Notes under the pieces: generated by a model
Seen by the model: only the letters and a program-made list of their open reading frames with translations
Database searches by the model: none
What the model was told of the DNA's origin: nothing
Assembly (NCBI RefSeq): GCF_001194135.2
Contig: NC_068995.1
Span: forward strand, 3,365,719 to 3,429,718
Direction: 5' to 3'
DNA: 64,000 nt
Source of the DNA: Octopus bimaculoides
Taxonomy: Eukaryota
In this document: in pieces, positions 37,301 to 49,429 of the stretch
Layout of the letters: every line of letters starts with the position of its first letter
Numbering within the stretch: the stretch's first letter is position 1
Position numbers and translations under genes: made by a program

Positions 37301-38085
37301 CTGAAGGGAAAAGTAAGAGACACATGAGTAACACTCTGGTGAAAGGAAGATAACCAGGTTGAGTGACTCAGACTGACTGAGTGGAGTGTGAAGCTGTTCT
37401 TTTCTTTAACCCAAAGTCAGCCCTCTTCCTGCTAACTTATGATCAAAAGTATTCTAGCCATGACCATCCTGTCTGTTTCACAATTTGAGGGAGTTTTGTT
37501 TGCTATATCTAGCAAGTTGAACGACCACATAAAACCTGGGGTGGTCCCTCTTTTTACATTCCACAGGTCCATAATTTCACACATGAGGTGAGACGAACCA
37601 TACAAGTCTTATAGCTTCATTCATTTCTTGTATAAAATATGTTAATGCATACAATATAAAATATATCATATTTTGTATAAATATATATATATAGATGTGT
37701 GTGTGTGTGTATATATATATATATTATAACAATATTTAATATAAATTATACTAATATATGTAATATGAAATATCATATATTAATATATATTAATATTTAT
37801 AATATAAAATATCTTTATATAATTATATATATGTATTTATATGTGTAATATTTATAATATATGTTAATATATGTAAATATATTCAACATTTTTATAGGAT
37901 ATAAGGATTTAATATTAAAAAATAAAGGGAAAAAACCGAAATCAATGTAAGGGTAGTTGAATGAAACTTTGGGGTTTGTTTTGGTTGTCACCAAAGTGTT
38001 TGATGTTTGGAATAATATTAGTCTACTGAGGATGGAAGAGAATTCTTCAGATTTGAATCAGCCACAGATGAGATTGTTCATTTAT
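37300..38085 (-). repeat. Right arm of the inverted duplication
   Basis: See 35281-36100. Confidence 0.85.
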
Positions 38086-38280
38086 TCGTTTACTTGTTTC
38101 AGTCATTTGTCAGCGGCCATGGTGGAGCACCATCTTTAGTCAAACAAATCGAGTCCAGGACTTATTCTTTGTAAGCCTAGTACTTATTCTATCAATCTCT
38201 TTTGCTGAACTGCTAATGTTACGGAAATGTAAACACACCAACATTGGTTGTCAAACGATGGTGATGGGGACAAACACAGA

Positions 38281-38325
<45 letters not shown>

Positions 38326-38490
38326 GATGGGCTTCTTTCAGTTTCCGTCTACCAAATTCACTCACAAGGCTTTGGTCGGCCCAAGGCTATAGTAGAAGAC
38401 ACCTGCCCAAAGTGCCACACAGTGGGACTGAACCTGGAACCATGTGGTTGGTAAGCAAGCTTCTTACCACACAGCCATGCCTGCGCCTAC
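38085..38490 (-). mobile_element. Family-B SINE, full length
   Basis: Complete tail, internal (CA)n and tRNA-like head ending ACCACACAGCCATGCCTGCGCCT. Confidence 0.9.
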
Positions 38491-38499
38491 ACATTATCT

Positions 38500-39075
38500 T
38501 TTAATATGCTTTCCTTGCTGGCATGGGTTGGATGATTTAAGAGGATCCAAGGGTTCAGAAATTCATGTCATGCTCCACTGCCTGCTTTGGCCTGGTTCCT
38601 ACAGTTGGCTGCCTTTCCTAATGCCAACCACTTAGTAGTGTGTGGATGTCTTAATTTTCTTGCCATGAGTGAGGTCACCTTTCAGCTTGCAAGGCTAAGT
38701 TCCCCATCAACTGAGTTGAGGCTGCATTAGAAAAGGGAGCTAGTTTTATGCTAGGAGATGGAAGGTTCGAGTATGAAGGGGTCAAAACGGGTTTGTTGCT
38801 CTCTCACTCTCTCTATAGGGCTACTCACATTATGCACACTTTTCAATAAGACCCCAGACTGCTGGCTTACGGTGTGTACTGAGTGCCTTTTATGTGGTGC
38901 CATCATGGGAGCTTTTTAGGTAGCGCCAGTACAGGTGCTCTTTATATGGGGCCAACATGGGTTTCTTTTATGTGGTGACAGCACAGGTGCTCTTTATGTG
39001 GGGCCAACACGGGTTCCTTTTATGTGGGGCCAACACAGGTTCCTTTTATGTGGTGACAGCACAGGTGCTTTTATA
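38500..39075 (-). mobile_element. Family-C/RTE 3' UTR remnant with an approximately 25-bp minisatellite (38870-39075)
   Basis: TTCCTAATGCCAACCAC motif; repeats of TTTATGTGG(GGC/TGA)CA(A/G)CAC(A/G)GG. Confidence 0.7.
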
Positions 39076-39239
39076 GTTTATCACATAAACACGTAGCCAT
39101 TCAAACATTGTTGCTACCTTTCCAAATCCAGTTGCATTTCACAAGGAAGTTCTGGTCCTCCAATTTCATTTTGGTGTATAAGTTGACCTACTTCTTTGGT
39201 CTGAAAAACTGATCTGAAAAACTCAATTTGTAAGCTGGA

Positions 39240-39450
39240 AAATAGGGCAGACTTCTTTTCAATCAGTAACTTCAAATTTTCCTTCTATTTTAGTCTAATC
39301 TTTTGTTTTATAATGTTGATAAAGATCACCTTCTTCTTTATTATGAGAGAAACTATTTTTACAAACAATGCACAACAGTTTTCCGGAAGAACCCGCCATA
39401 AACAAGAACTTATTTTTCCCACTCTTTATTCAATTCACGTTTTGTATTAA
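39240..39450 (-). mobile_element. hAT (Charlie/SPIN/GTF2IRD2-like) transposase N-terminal remnant
   Basis: KRELNKEWEK/fs/NKFLFMAGSSGKLLCIVCKNSFSHNKEEGDLYQHYKTKD*, resembling the F/LNxEWE..F.F....GK.LC.VC......K..L..HY.TKH zinc-finger start of this transposase family. Confidence 0.7.
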
Positions 39451-40383
39451 TTCCTGATTTTCTTTTGTTTATTTTTCTTTAGAATTTTAAAGAGAACAGT
39501 AAAACACAGACAAAGACAAAGTTTGATTTTAAAAAAAACCTAAAAAAAACTACGTGTCCCAATCTATTGACAAAAGACAAACTTTAAAATACAATGTGGT
39601 AAAATAGAGGAGTGCCAATAGGAAACTGATCAGCAAAAGACTTGCGACAGACCAATTCTGACCTCCACCTCAGAATAAAACAAGCAATGGAGAGAAGAAT
39701 TACACAGGACTGTGCCATGCACCATTTCTAAACACGCAATGTGCCACTGGTGGGGAGAAGTGCCATAATTTTTTCATTCCTCTTGTAGGGGTTCCTGTGT
39801 GCCACTTTGGCAGTTGTAGTGATGATGGTGGTGACAGTGGTGGTGGTGGTGGTGGTGGTGGTTATAGAGGGGATGGTGGGGTGGTTGCGACGGTGGTAGC
39901 TGTGATGTTGGTTATGGTAGTGATGNNNNNNNNNNGGGGGTGATGGTAGACGCCATGGTGGTGCTAGGGTTCAGATGGCAGTAATGGTGAGGGTTATGGA
40001 GGTGGTGGTGGTGATGAGAATTATAAGGAAAAGGATGATGATGATGATGATGATGGCAGATGCTACTGCAGCAGGTGCTGCTGCTGCTGCTGTTGCTGCT
40101 ATCAACGGTGCCAAAGACACCAGAAGTTTTATTAGAATTTCCGCTGGAATCTAAGAGAAAAGACATGAAATCGATAGAAAACTGGAAGGAAATGTATTTA
40201 ATGGTTTTCTTAGCAAGATTGGAAAGATTAGACTAAAATAGAAGGAACAACAAAAACAAAAAGAAAGAAACATTTCCTTCGTTGATTGTTAAATAAACGC
40301 AAAATAAAGAAAAAAGTCTAATAAAAACAACACAAAAAAAAATTAGGAATAAAAGAAGAGATTAAAGAGAAATCAAGGTCATG

Positions 40384-40415
<32 letters not shown>

Positions 40416-40651
40416 ATGCGTGTGCATGCCTGTCTGAATGTGTGTATGTTGTGCGTGTGTGTGCATGTATGAGTATGTGTGTATGTGTGCGTGTGCAAGC
40501 ATGTATGAGTATGTGTGTATGTGTGCGCATGTATGAGTATGTGTGTGCGTGTATGAGTATGCGTGTGTGTGCGTTTGTGTGTGTGCGTGTGTGTGCGTGC
40601 ATGCATGTTTCAGTATGTGTGTGTGTGTGCAACTTTTAACTAGTAAATATT

Positions 40652-40793
40652 TACATTATTTACATTTGACGGATATTTGTCCTCATCTTGTTTGTTGCTA
40701 ACACAATGTTTCGGCTGATGTACCCTCTAGCCTTCATCAGGGGATGTCGGGAAAATTCCGAACCTGGATTCTCATGCCTAATGTATTTTTCGA

Positions 40794-40846
<53 letters not shown>

Positions 40847-40935
40847 TCACTGCCTGGAATCAAACTTGGAATCTTGGGGTTAGTAGCCCGCGCTCTTAAC
40901 CACTACGCCATATGCCCGTGGGCAATTATGGAGTG
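40652..40935 (-). mobile_element. tRNA-headed SINE, family E, with a hammerhead-like core in its tail
   Basis: Minus strand GGCATATGGCGTAGTGG (A-box), AGTTTGATTCC (B-box), internal (AAT)n, then CTGATGA-A-GGCT...AGCC-GAAAC at 40708-40740. Confidence 0.85.
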
Positions 40936-40990
40936 TTTGATTCCAGGCAGTGACNNNNNNNNNNNNNNNNNNNNNNNNNNNNNNNNNNNA

Positions 40991-41067
<77 letters not shown>

Positions 41068-41234
41068 CCTCGAAAAAATACCTTAGGAATGAGAACCCAG
41101 GTTCGAAATTTCCCCAAAACACCTAAAGAAGGCTGGAGGGTATATCAGCCAAAATGTTGTGTTAGTAACAAACAAGATGAGGACAAATATCCGTCAAATG
41201 TAAATAGGCTACATAATTCCTCATCTCTTAAATA
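40936..41234 (+). mobile_element. Family-E SINE, 5'-truncated inverted partner
   Basis: Starts at the B-box TTTGATTCCAGGCAGTGAC, then gap, (AAT)n(AAC)n and the same tail with a decayed core (CTAAAGA...AAAAT). Confidence 0.85.
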
Positions 41235-42299
41235 TAGTAAATATTGTTGAACACATCTCTGCAAATGCAATGTTCATAAGCAATTTACTTTAAATACAAT
41301 GGAGAACCGGCAATGAGACTGTTTTTAGCAGATCCCCAAATGGGGCTCCTGGTAGGCAATGGGTTAAAGAGTGAGAATTGTACAGTTAGTATATATATAT
41401 ATATATATATATACAAGAAGGGTAGAGTCAGGTTGATGTTTAATGGGGTGAGAGTACAGAGGATGTACGGATGGTTTGAAAAGACTCCCAGCACCTGTCT
41501 GGGGTGGGGAGTGGGGGGTAGAGAAATCTTTGACCACAAAAATATGACACAGAATTTGTGAATCTATTAAAGTGCATGTGTATGTATGTATCTATGTACA
41601 TGTATATATGCGTGTATATATGTATGTATGTTTGTGTGTATGTATGTGTTTGTATGTATATGCATACATGTGCTTGTGTATATATGTGTATGTGTGTATG
41701 CATGAGTATGTGTGTATCCATGTGCATATACATATATGTGTATGCATGTCTGTGTGTGTCTGTATATTTGTATAAATATGTATATGTTTGTGTGCTTGTG
41801 AGTATGCATGTGTGTGTGTGTGTGTGTGTATGCATATATTGGAAGCTGCCATGTGCATGAATGTCAGTGGATGTTTGAATGCGTGCGCAGTGGACGTGCA
41901 AACGGGTGACGGGTAGCGTGTAGTCAGTGATGTGTGTCTAATTTTGTGAAATTATCTCAATTTATGAAATAGAGCAGGGTGGAGGGGAGAAAGGAAATGT
42001 GAGGGGGAAGGGACGAGGAAGAAAGGGCGAAAAAAGAGAGAAGGAGGAAGAGTGAATGAGAGAGAGAGAGAGCGACACACATGTACACACACACACACAC
42101 ACACACACAGAGGCACACAGGTAGATATAACTATATACAAGTTGATAAATATACATATGTGAGCTGGTGTATCTCACATACACATATATACACATACATA
42201 GATACATACATAAGTACGTATGTACATTAATACATATACATACACTACCATCAAATAATCGGGGTATTTCTAAAGTGGGGTAGTTATTCTGAAAGAGAA

Positions 42300-43620
42300 C
42301 AATCATCTTCTTCATCATCACCACTACCTCTAGCCAGTACCACCAGAAACAGCAGCAGTAGCAGCAGCAGCAGCACCACCACCACCACCACCACCATCGT
42401 CACCATCACCTCCACCAACATCACCATCATCTTCAACACCATCATCATCATCACGTAATATTGCTGCCTCGCTCCTACTACCACCGTCACAACAACAACA
42501 ACCACTGCCACCGGCACCACTACCACCACTAGAAACACCTGCATCATCATCATCATCACCACCACTGCTATTATTGTTACCACCACCACCACCACCACCA
42601 CCACCACCACCATCACTGCTGCCGCCACCACCTCCANNNNNNNNNNNNNNNNNNNNNNNNNNNNNNNNNNNNNNNNNNNNNNNNNNNNNNNNNNNNNNNN
42701 NNNNNNNNNNNNNNNNNNNNNNNNNNNNNNNNNNNNNNNNNNNNNNNNNNNNNNNNNNNNNNNNNNNNNNNNNNNNNNNNNNNNNNNNNNNNNNNNNNNN
42801 NNNNNNNNNNNNNNNNNNNNNNNNNNNNNNNNNNNNNNNNNNNNNNNNNNNNNNNNNNNNNNNNNNNNNNNNNNNNNNNNNNNNNNNNNNNNNNNNNNNN
42901 NNNNNNNNNNNNNNNNNNAGGTGTGGTTAGCGGCATTGCTTCAGTTCGAGAGAGGGGCGAGGAGGGTGGTGGTGGTGGTGGAAGTGGTGGTGCAATGAAG
43001 TAGGAAGATGGCAAAAAGGAGCAGGGATGCAGTGGAGGCGAAGATGACTGGCAGCGGTAAAAGTTGCTATGACTCATCTCTGTTCCTTGATAACAACTGC
43101 GTTGCGTCAAAGTTCTTGTGACACCACCACCACTGACACCACCATCACCATCACCATCAACACTGTCATCACAGCTATTGTCACTAGCATCACCACCTCC
43201 ACCACCACTACCTTCACCATCATCACTGCCACTGTCATCATCATCATCACCATCATAGCTATCATCATCTAGAATCACTGCCTCCAGCACCATCCCCATC
43301 CCCACCGCCCTAATCATCAGCACCACCACAACCACCACCATCATAACCACTACTAGAATCACCACCACCATCACCACTACAGCCAAAACCATAACCATCA
43401 TCATCATCATTGTCATGACCCCCTCCCCCACTCACCACCACCATCCAATTCCACAACAAACCAGTTTTCTGTTCGTGCAGTATTTGCACCTATAAATGTA
43501 CAAATGCACAAAATCCACCACCACCAATGTCACTACCACCTCCCCACAACAACCATCAATGTTACCACCACCACCACCAGCAACAACAACAACAACAAGA
43601 CCAATGTCACCCCCACCCCC
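42300..43620. repeat. Compound (CAC)n/(CAT)n/(CAG)n/(GGT)n low-complexity region with a gap
   Basis: Read directly; source of the poly-V/P/T ORFs. Confidence 0.95.
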
Positions 43621-44086
43621 CGCCATACATCTACCTGCACAAAGTGAAGAGGAAGGATTTTTTTGGTGCTGCTATTCACCAATTTTAATCAATATTTTTT
43701 ACTTCTTTGAATATCTTTTTTACAATTTTAGTTGGAACTTAACGTTTGAAAAACTAAGTCATTGATTTCTGAAAACACACACACACACACGTATGTATGT
43801 GTGCGTGTGTGTGTATGCATCTTTTATTCTTGTCTTTGTTTCAGTCATTGGACTGTGGCCATGCTGGAGCACCACATTGCAAAGTTTAATGAAGCACATC
43901 AATCAAATGCTTATTTTTTCGTTCAAAGATTGGTACTTGTTCTATTGGTCTCTTTTGTTGATCAGGGACACACACACACAGAGCTTTATACCTATACACA
44001 TACACTACATACATATCTATCAATCTATCTACCTATCCATCTTTGAGATTACATAACTGATAAGAGTACAAGAAATTATATAATAA

Positions 44087-44203
44087 ACTTCATTAGCAAG
44101 CAGTTCATTTTTGAAGCTCTGATGAAGCTATAGGATGATATTCAAACACTCAACAATGAGTGCATAGCATCTTACAGCAGAAACAGCTGTAAGCTAATGA
44201 AGT
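44087..44203 (+). ncRNA. Type I hammerhead ribozyme motif, Penelope-like-element type
   Basis: AGCT(44115-18)-CTGATGA(44119-25)-A-long imperfect stem II(44127-44178)-A-GAAA(44180-83)-CAGCTG-TA(cut after 44191)-AGCT(44192-95); palindromic stem III ACAGCTGT; distal helix 44087-94 with 44196-203. Confidence 0.75.
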
Positions 44204-44344
44204 GCATAACATAATCTCTTGTTATGCTTTATACTCAATTGATGCTTTTTCTGAAGCATTACATATATTGAGTCCTGACACCAAGTTATCAGTCTCACTA
44301 TGCCTTAGTGAAATAATATTAACATGTAATACATATGTATGCAT

Positions 44345-44558
44345 GACATCCTTTGACCATGGGTTGCCCCTAGAAAGTTCCCCTCCAAGGCACAAGTCTG
44401 GGCAAGATTGTTTTATGGAAGACCAGCAGTCGCCCATGCATACCAGCTTCCCTTCTTCACTCCACCGATGTCATCCAAAAGCGAGGCAAAGGCTGATACA
44501 GCTTGGTCCCAGTGATGTTGCAACTCATTTCTACAGCTGAGTGAAATGAAGCAACGTG
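44345..44558 (-). mobile_element. Family-H SINE 3' body
   Basis: GGAAGACCAGCAGTCGCCCATGCATACCAGC...GCAACTCATTTCTACAGCTGAGTG, contiguous in type with the CAGCTGAGTGG motif at about 34913. Confidence 0.65.
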
Positions 44559-44705
44559 GACAGGTGCAAAAATAGTGGACAGGTGCAGACATTAGACAGG
44601 CACAGAGAACTAAGACAGGTGTAGAGATAGGAGACAGGTGTAGAGATGACAGACAGGTGGAGACTAGAGATAAAGCAGAGAATGAGTGAGCAACATGTGA
44701 CAGGT
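44558..44705 (+). repeat. Approximately 18-bp GACAGGTG(T/C)AGAG-type minisatellite
   Basis: GACAGG recurs about 7 times at 17-19 bp spacing. Confidence 0.75.
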
Positions 44706-44908
44706 GTAAAGTGGTTGATGATCAGGTAAATTTAGAGACAGAATGAGGAATACTAACTTTTGTCTGCTGCACATAGAAATGGATTCCATCTAAGATAATG
44801 ACTTGAGGACAGAGAACCGACTGGTGGATGGAGGCGCAGTAGTCATAGAGCTCAGGTAAGGTCTTCAGGTACCTGCAGTTGAAAATACACATCAACAATG
44901 AGACACAA

Positions 44909-44993
<85 letters not shown>

Positions 44994-45194
44994 TAGTTCA
45001 AATTCACAGAAAACAAAAGATGAAGACAGGTGAGGGAATAACAAGCAGGTGTATTAGTTTTAACACTCAGGAAGAATGGAAATGTCTTTTACATTTCGAA
45101 CGTGTGCTCTTCGACAGAAAGGATTGAGAGGAAAAAAACAGGGAAAAGGAAAAAAAAAAACAGTGACAAAAATTGTAGGCGTTAATGGTTCAAC

Positions 45195-45642
45195 ACAGAC
45201 ACACAAATACACACACAAACGGGCTTCTTTCAGTTTCCGTCTACTAAATCCACTCACAAGGCTTTGGTTGGCCCAAGGCTATAGACACTTGCCCAAGGTG
45301 CCAAACAGTGGGACTGAACCTGGAACCATGTGGTTGGTAAGTAAGCTAATTTTTTGTATGACATTGTCAATCAGGTGTGAGAGCCCAGATCCAGCTGGTC
45401 TGAACATAAAATAGAATATTTGGACCAGACATAGGCTACTTTAAACGCCAATGGGTTAATCCTGGATTATCTCATAGCTTTGAAATTTCAATGATGTAGA
45501 CGTTAAACGATGATGATGATAACTGTTTATTTTTCAAACGAAATTGTAGGGTAGGTGTGAGAGGCTGGATCTGGCTGGTGTGAACATAAAACCAGTAGAA
45601 TATTTGGGTCAGAAACAGCCAGTTTAAATGTTAAAGGTTTAA
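45195..45642 (-). mobile_element. Family-B SINE head followed by two family-G MITE pieces
   Basis: GGGCTTCTTTCAGTTTCCGTCTAC...GGGACTGAACCTGGAACC; two GTGTGAGAG..C.GATC..GCTGGT.TGAACATAAAA units ending GGGTTAA and GGTTTAA. Confidence 0.75.
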
Positions 45643-45802
45643 ACATGGCAAATTGTACAGCTTTAGCCGGAGACTGTTTAACTCTCCATGATGTAGAAGG
45701 ACATTTTTAGCGCCAACAACAAAAACTACCAATGTCTAGCTTCATTAAATATATAAATCCAAAGATTTATTATCATTATCATTTTTATTATTATTATCTC
45801 TA

Positions 45803-45846
<44 letters not shown>

Positions 45847-46074
45847 ATAACTGTTGGACTAATGGAAGGTTTGAAAGAATTAATGTATCTGCTGGTATAG
45901 AATAACTCTCACAAATCAATTATTCAGTTGATTTGGGCCGTTCTTGCAGACTTCTGTCACAACTCTGATGGTATTTCAACAGATAAAAAACAAACAAACA
46001 AACAAACAAGAAACAGAAACAAAACAATTAACAACAAAGAAAAAAAAGAGCTCCATTCTACCAGATTGCATCAC

Positions 46075-46125
46075 CTTCCCCAAAGTCACAGAAATATCGA
46101 CAGTTGTTGAATGGCGCCAGTCTAG
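46075..46125 (-). CDS. Candidate 51-nt symmetric exon
   Basis: TTGGTTGGTTCTAAG| ... GGAAG|GTGATG; phase 1-1 reading (A)RLAPFNNCRYFCDFGE(G), phase 0 also open. Confidence 0.15.
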
Positions 46126-46469
46126 CTTAGAACCAACCAAAGTAACAACAATGTCAGAGAGATTTCAAGACACGATGGGGTTTTTTTTTTCTTTTTTGTT
46201 TTGTTTTGTTTTGTTTTATTTCTTTTTGCTTTAAACATAAAACAATTTCAAAGAATTAATTTTCTGATAATGAAGGTAAAAACAGTCAACAGGTAAATAA
46301 ATATATTCGATAAATTGTCTTTCGTTTTGGAATAGTTTAGTCTTAGAACCAGAGAACGAGAGCGGAACTGTTCTTATTTCTGTGAAGAAGTTGAGGCAAA
46401 AATATATCCTACTCTCCTCTTTTCCTCCTCCACCTCATCATTATCCACCATCACCACCTTTACCTCTTC

Positions 46470-46810
46470 CACACATGGTTCCGGGTTCAGTCCCACTGTG
46501 TGGCACCTTGGGTGAGTGTCTTCTATTATAGTTTTGGGCCGACCAAAGCTGTGTGAGTGGATTTGGTAGATGGAAACTGAAAGAAGCCAGTCGTATATAT
46601 ATATGTGTGTGTGTGTGTCTGTGTTTGTTCTCCCCTACTATCGCTTGACAACCGATGTTGATGTGTTTATGTCCCCGTAACTTAGCAGTTCGGCAAAAGA
46701 GACTGATCGAATAGGTACTGGGCTTACAAAGAATAAGTCCTGGGGGTCGATTTGTTCGACTAGAGGTGGTGCTCCAGCATGGCCGCAGTCAAATGACCGA
46801 AACAAATGAA
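46470..46810 (+). mobile_element. Family-B SINE, near full length
   Basis: CCGGGTTCAGTCCCACTG head through GCTCCAGCATGGCCGCAGTCAAATGAC tail. Confidence 0.9.
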
Positions 46811-47532
46811 AGAATAATAAATTGGTCACACTTCTACAATACACAGAATATTTTATTTAAACATCGAATGGCTATGAGGTTCCAGTGAGAGAGAAATAGN
46901 NNNNNNNNNNNNNNNNNNNNNNNNNNNNNNNNNNNNNNNNNNNNNNNNNNNNNNNNNNNNNNNNNNNNNNNNNNNNNNNNNNNNNNNNNNNNNNNNNNNN
47001 NNNNNNNNNNNNNNNNNNNNNNNNNNNNNNNNNNNNNNNNNNNNNNNNNNNNNNNNNNNNNNNNNNNNNNNNNNNNNNNNNNNNNNNNNNNNNNNNNNNN
47101 NNNNNNNNNNNNNNNNNNNNNNNNNNNNNNNNNNNNNNNNNNNNNNNNNNNNNNNNNNNNNNNNNNNNNNNNNNNNNNNNNNNNNNNNNNNNNNNNNNNN
47201 NNNNNNNNNNNNNNNNNNNNNNNNNNNNNNNNNNNNNNNNNNNNNNNNNNNNNNNNNNNNNNNNNNNNNNNNNNNNNNNNNNNNNNNNNNNNNNNNNNGT
47301 ATCAATGGAACAGTCATTTCTGCCATTAATCTCAGGTTTTTTTTGGTTTTTTTTTCTGTGATATGTAGATAGGAAATGGCAGTATGTTAGGATTGAACCC
47401 AGATTTATGACTTACATTGGAGTCATGGAGCTTGTGAGCCATTCCATTCTGTAAAGGAGAAGAAAGAGTGGAAGAGGGGGAAAGGGAGAAGGAAAGAAAA
47501 AGTGAGAGAGATGAAGAAAGACAGAGGCAAAG

Positions 47533-47537
<5 letters not shown>

Positions 47538-47588
<51 letters not shown>

Positions 47589-47605
47589 GGATGGATGGAT
47601 GGATG

Positions 47606-47660
<55 letters not shown>
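47538..47660. repeat. (GATA)n/(GATG)n microsatellite
   Basis: Read directly from the sequence. Confidence 0.97.
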
Positions 47661-47662
<2 letters not shown>

Positions 47663-48006
47663 GTAGACAGAAAGTGAGAAAATGAAAGAGAGACAGAGAT
47701 GAAGAAAATAGTAGGAAAAAAACAAAGAGAAAGAGAGAAAGAAATGGAGAAGACCCTTTCTAACGTCTGGAGAATTAAACCCTCTTCTGCCTTATTGGTT
47801 TTCTCCTCGTCAATGTGGTCTTTACAAAATACAACCCTGGCCCCTACTTTAATATCTAATTTTCTTCCCAGGAAGCAGAGAGTCTAAAGAATCCCTACAT
47901 CGGATCGAAAAGTAATTATATTTCAAGATGGGTTCTATTATCCAGAGATATTTATCGAGAGAGAAGAATTCTTCCACTCAAAGTTCACAAACATTTTCCC
48001 TTGTTG

Positions 48007-48045
<39 letters not shown>

Positions 48046-49000
48046 CTTTCTCTCTTGTAACACGGACAAATATTGCAAAGGAAAAAGAATCATTGTTCGA
48101 TAATACCATAATAGCATTTTCACTGTTTGCATCTCAGAAATTAATATCAGGAATAATAATATCTGGTGTGGCTGTGTGGTTAGAAGCTTGCTTCCCAACC
48201 ACAAGGTTCTGGGTTCAGTCCCACTGCATGGTACCTTGGGCGAGTCTCTTCTACCCTTAGCCCTTTTGTTGTATCCTTGAACAAGACACTTTGTTTCATG
48301 TTGCTCCAGTCCACTCAGCTGGCTAAAATGAGTTGTACCTGTAATTCACAAGATCCTTGTCACACTCTGTGTCACACTGAATCCCCCTGGCTTTAAAAAA
48401 AAAATTAATAAATCCTGGGGTCAACTCATTTGACTAAAAATTCTTCAAGGTGGCGCTCCAGCATGGCTGCAGTCTAATGACTGAAACAAGTAAGAGATAA
48501 AAGATATATCTGCTTCCTGTAAGGATTATCATCCAGGTTCATTGTATAATCTTAATTAAAATAAGGGATTTATGTCAACAAAATGTTTGTCTCTCTCTAA
48601 TTGGGTCAAGAATTCAATAAACTGTAAAATCTTTTCTCAATTTCTTAAGAAATATCTGACAAATTTTCAGTGAGTAGAACTGGGGGAGGGGGTGAGGTCT
48701 GGAGTTGGATCAAATGGTACCGCCTTGTAGCATGTATTTAACAAAATACAGCTGCATGGTTTTGTGTCTGCTGGCATGACAAGGTATGTCGGTAGAGTGC
48801 CAAGTGAAGCGTCGACAAATTAGATTACAATTATTGCTAGCAGCAAGATTTGGTTAACGGAAAAATCTAATATTCTTTTTCGAGGAAAGATATTTTGGTT
48901 AGTCATTTTTCAGGAATATCCAATGCCAAAGAGCAGTTTGTGCCTTGAACTATATCTTTGACCTTTTGAGATTCTGCATCTAAAAGGGTTTTGTGTGTGC

Positions 49001-49065
<65 letters not shown>

Positions 49066-49429
49066 GGAGAGAGAGAAAGAATGGTGAAGAAAAGCTTCAG
49101 GGGCCATAAAAGCTCACCTCCCGTTTCCACACTTGGGAGAAAATCTCATTTCTCTTTCCAACTTGTTTGAATTAGTCTGCAAACAGTAATCAATTTCCCG
49201 TGACCTCTGACCCTCACCAGTGGTTTCCCCAGCAACAGCCAGAGCATGCTGCCATTAATTCGCTCTTTATCTCATCCGCAGACCATTGTCTATTCACACA
49301 GAAACTGGCAACAAATTCATTAAAAGGAACCATTCTTAAAACCATTATCCGAAATCCAATAATTTCTCTTTCATCTTGCAAAACCTAAAACTATGGGTGG
49401 AATCTGATTTCGAGAACACATTTAGAGAC

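Noticed and set aside
40845-40917. tRNA gene (Ser-like, ACT loop)
   Set aside because: A and B boxes are present, but the acceptor and anticodon stems are poor and the sequence continues into a repeated SINE body, so it is a SINE head. The same applies to the family A, B and H heads.
43008-43121. 37-codon ORF MAKRSRDAVEAKMTGSGKSCYDSSLFLDNNCVASKFL with a good Kozak context
   Set aside because: A short island between trinucleotide tracts with no supporting homology or strong donor; expected by chance at this length.
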